Source: Macrostomum hystrix
Taxonomy: Eukaryota > Animalia > Platyhelminthes
Direction: 5' to 3'
DNA: 64,000 bases
NCBI GenBank assembly: GCA_950097015.1
Contig: CATNEN010000038.1
Coordinates: 6,200,001 to 6,264,000, forward strand
Positions 63,072 through 64,000 of the stretch are shown in pieces. A model generated the notes under the pieces. The model did not search any database and was not told where the DNA came from. It saw only the letters and a program-made list of their open reading frames with translations. The stretch's first letter is position 1, and each line of letters begins with the position of its first letter. Made by a program: the position numbers and the translations under genes.

Positions 63072-63761
63072 CAGGGGTCGGCAAACTCCGGCCCGCGGGC
63101 CAGATGCGGCCCTCGAAGCTCCCAAATTCGGCCCGTTGCCCCTTCCGACACCTACAGTATCCTGTTAAATCTTTCCCCTGTTTCATCTTCCCCTGTCTCG
63201 TCTCTTCCGTGTCTCATCTCTCCGCTGTCTCATCTCTCCCATGTCTCGTCTCTCCCATGTCTCATCTCTCCTCAGTCTCGTCTCTCCCGTGTCTCATCTC
63301 TCCTCAGTCTCGTCTCTCCCGTGTCTCATCTCTCCTCAGTCTCGTCTCTCCCGTGTCTCATCTCTCCACAGTATCGTCTCTCCCGTGTCTCATCTCTCCT
63401 CAGTCTCATCTCTCCCGTGTCTCATCTCTCCTCAGTCTCGTCTCTCCCGTGTCTCATCTCTCCTCAGTCTCGTCTCTCCCGTGTCTCATCTCTCCACTGT
63501 CTCATCTCTCCTCAGTCTCATCTCTCCGCTGTCTCATCTCTCCTCAGTCTCATCTCTCCGCTGTCTCATCTCTCCTCAGTCTCGTCTCTCCCATGTCTCA
63601 TCTCTCCTCAGTCTCGTCCCTCCTCAGTCTCGTCTCTCCTCAGTCTCGTCTCTCCCGTGCCCCAGCTCTCCCCTATCTCATCTTTCTACAGGCAATGCGG
63701 CCCGCTGCCGTCTTTTAGGTTCTCTTTTTGGCCCACTAGCTAATAAGTTTGCCGACCCCTG
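63072..63761. mobile_element. hAT (Charlie/MER58-like) MITE carrying an internal CT-rich minisatellite
   Basis: Perfect TIRs caggggtcggcaaact / agtttgccgacccctg, subterminal gcggccc motifs, 8-bp TSD tattaaaa. The array at ~63190-63660 lies inside. Confidence 0.92.
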
Positions 63762-64000
63762 TATTAAAATTTACTATTACAACTCCACTTTATTAAAATA
63801 AATCCTCCTATATATTTCTCCCTACACCAAGTTTACACTTAAGTTTGCAATGTAAATATATCTCTAGAAAAATAAGCTGGACTGCAGCAAAACTGCGGTC
63901 AATGCGATTGCGAGTGCCCAAGTCAAAGCGGCGAGCTCGAGGCTCCGCTTTGCACTAACAGACAAATATCTTCGCTCCCCCAAAAATACGATATCCGTCC

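Overview
Eukaryotic (animal) genomic DNA, not prokaryotic. It has GC-rich exons, GT-AG introns packed with 20-27 bp minisatellites, and many transposon remnants. The style resembles a free-living flatworm such as Macrostomum (inference only). Host genes that can be reconstructed: a GT32 DXD glycosyltransferase (-), GSK3 kinase (-, 6 coding exons), TRM5 tRNA m1G37 methyltransferase (+, 5 exons), a DEG/ENaC channel (-, 4 exons), a probable 2-exon orphan gene (-), an SLC15/PepT transporter (+, 5 exons), an Lsm10-like Sm-fold gene (+) and a C2H2 zinc-finger gene (+, 3 exons). Mobile DNA: a decayed LINE, two tRNA-derived SINE families (one CORE-like), a mariner fragment, an IS630/Tc1-like element with long TIRs and DD31E spacing, a deleted piggyBac, a Merlin pseudogene, two hAT MITEs with 8-bp TSDs, a terminally intact non-autonomous Helitron and several tyrosine-recombinase (Crypton-like) remnants. 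The most striking structure is at 58.4-62.8 kb, where four Crypton-like units are nested into one another at the same palindromic site (AAATAAATG^). Each unit opens with a ~115-140 bp fold-back whose arm sequences differ but which keeps pairing, two tandem G.A mismatches and a GCGNAGC mini-hairpin cap (partly deleted in unit A). This looks like a strand-specific ssDNA hairpin signal, formally analogous to integron attC. Also notable: a perfect histone mRNA stem-loop with no histone gene, about 2 kb from a decayed tyrosine recombinase. All calls come from reading the sequence; no searches were run.
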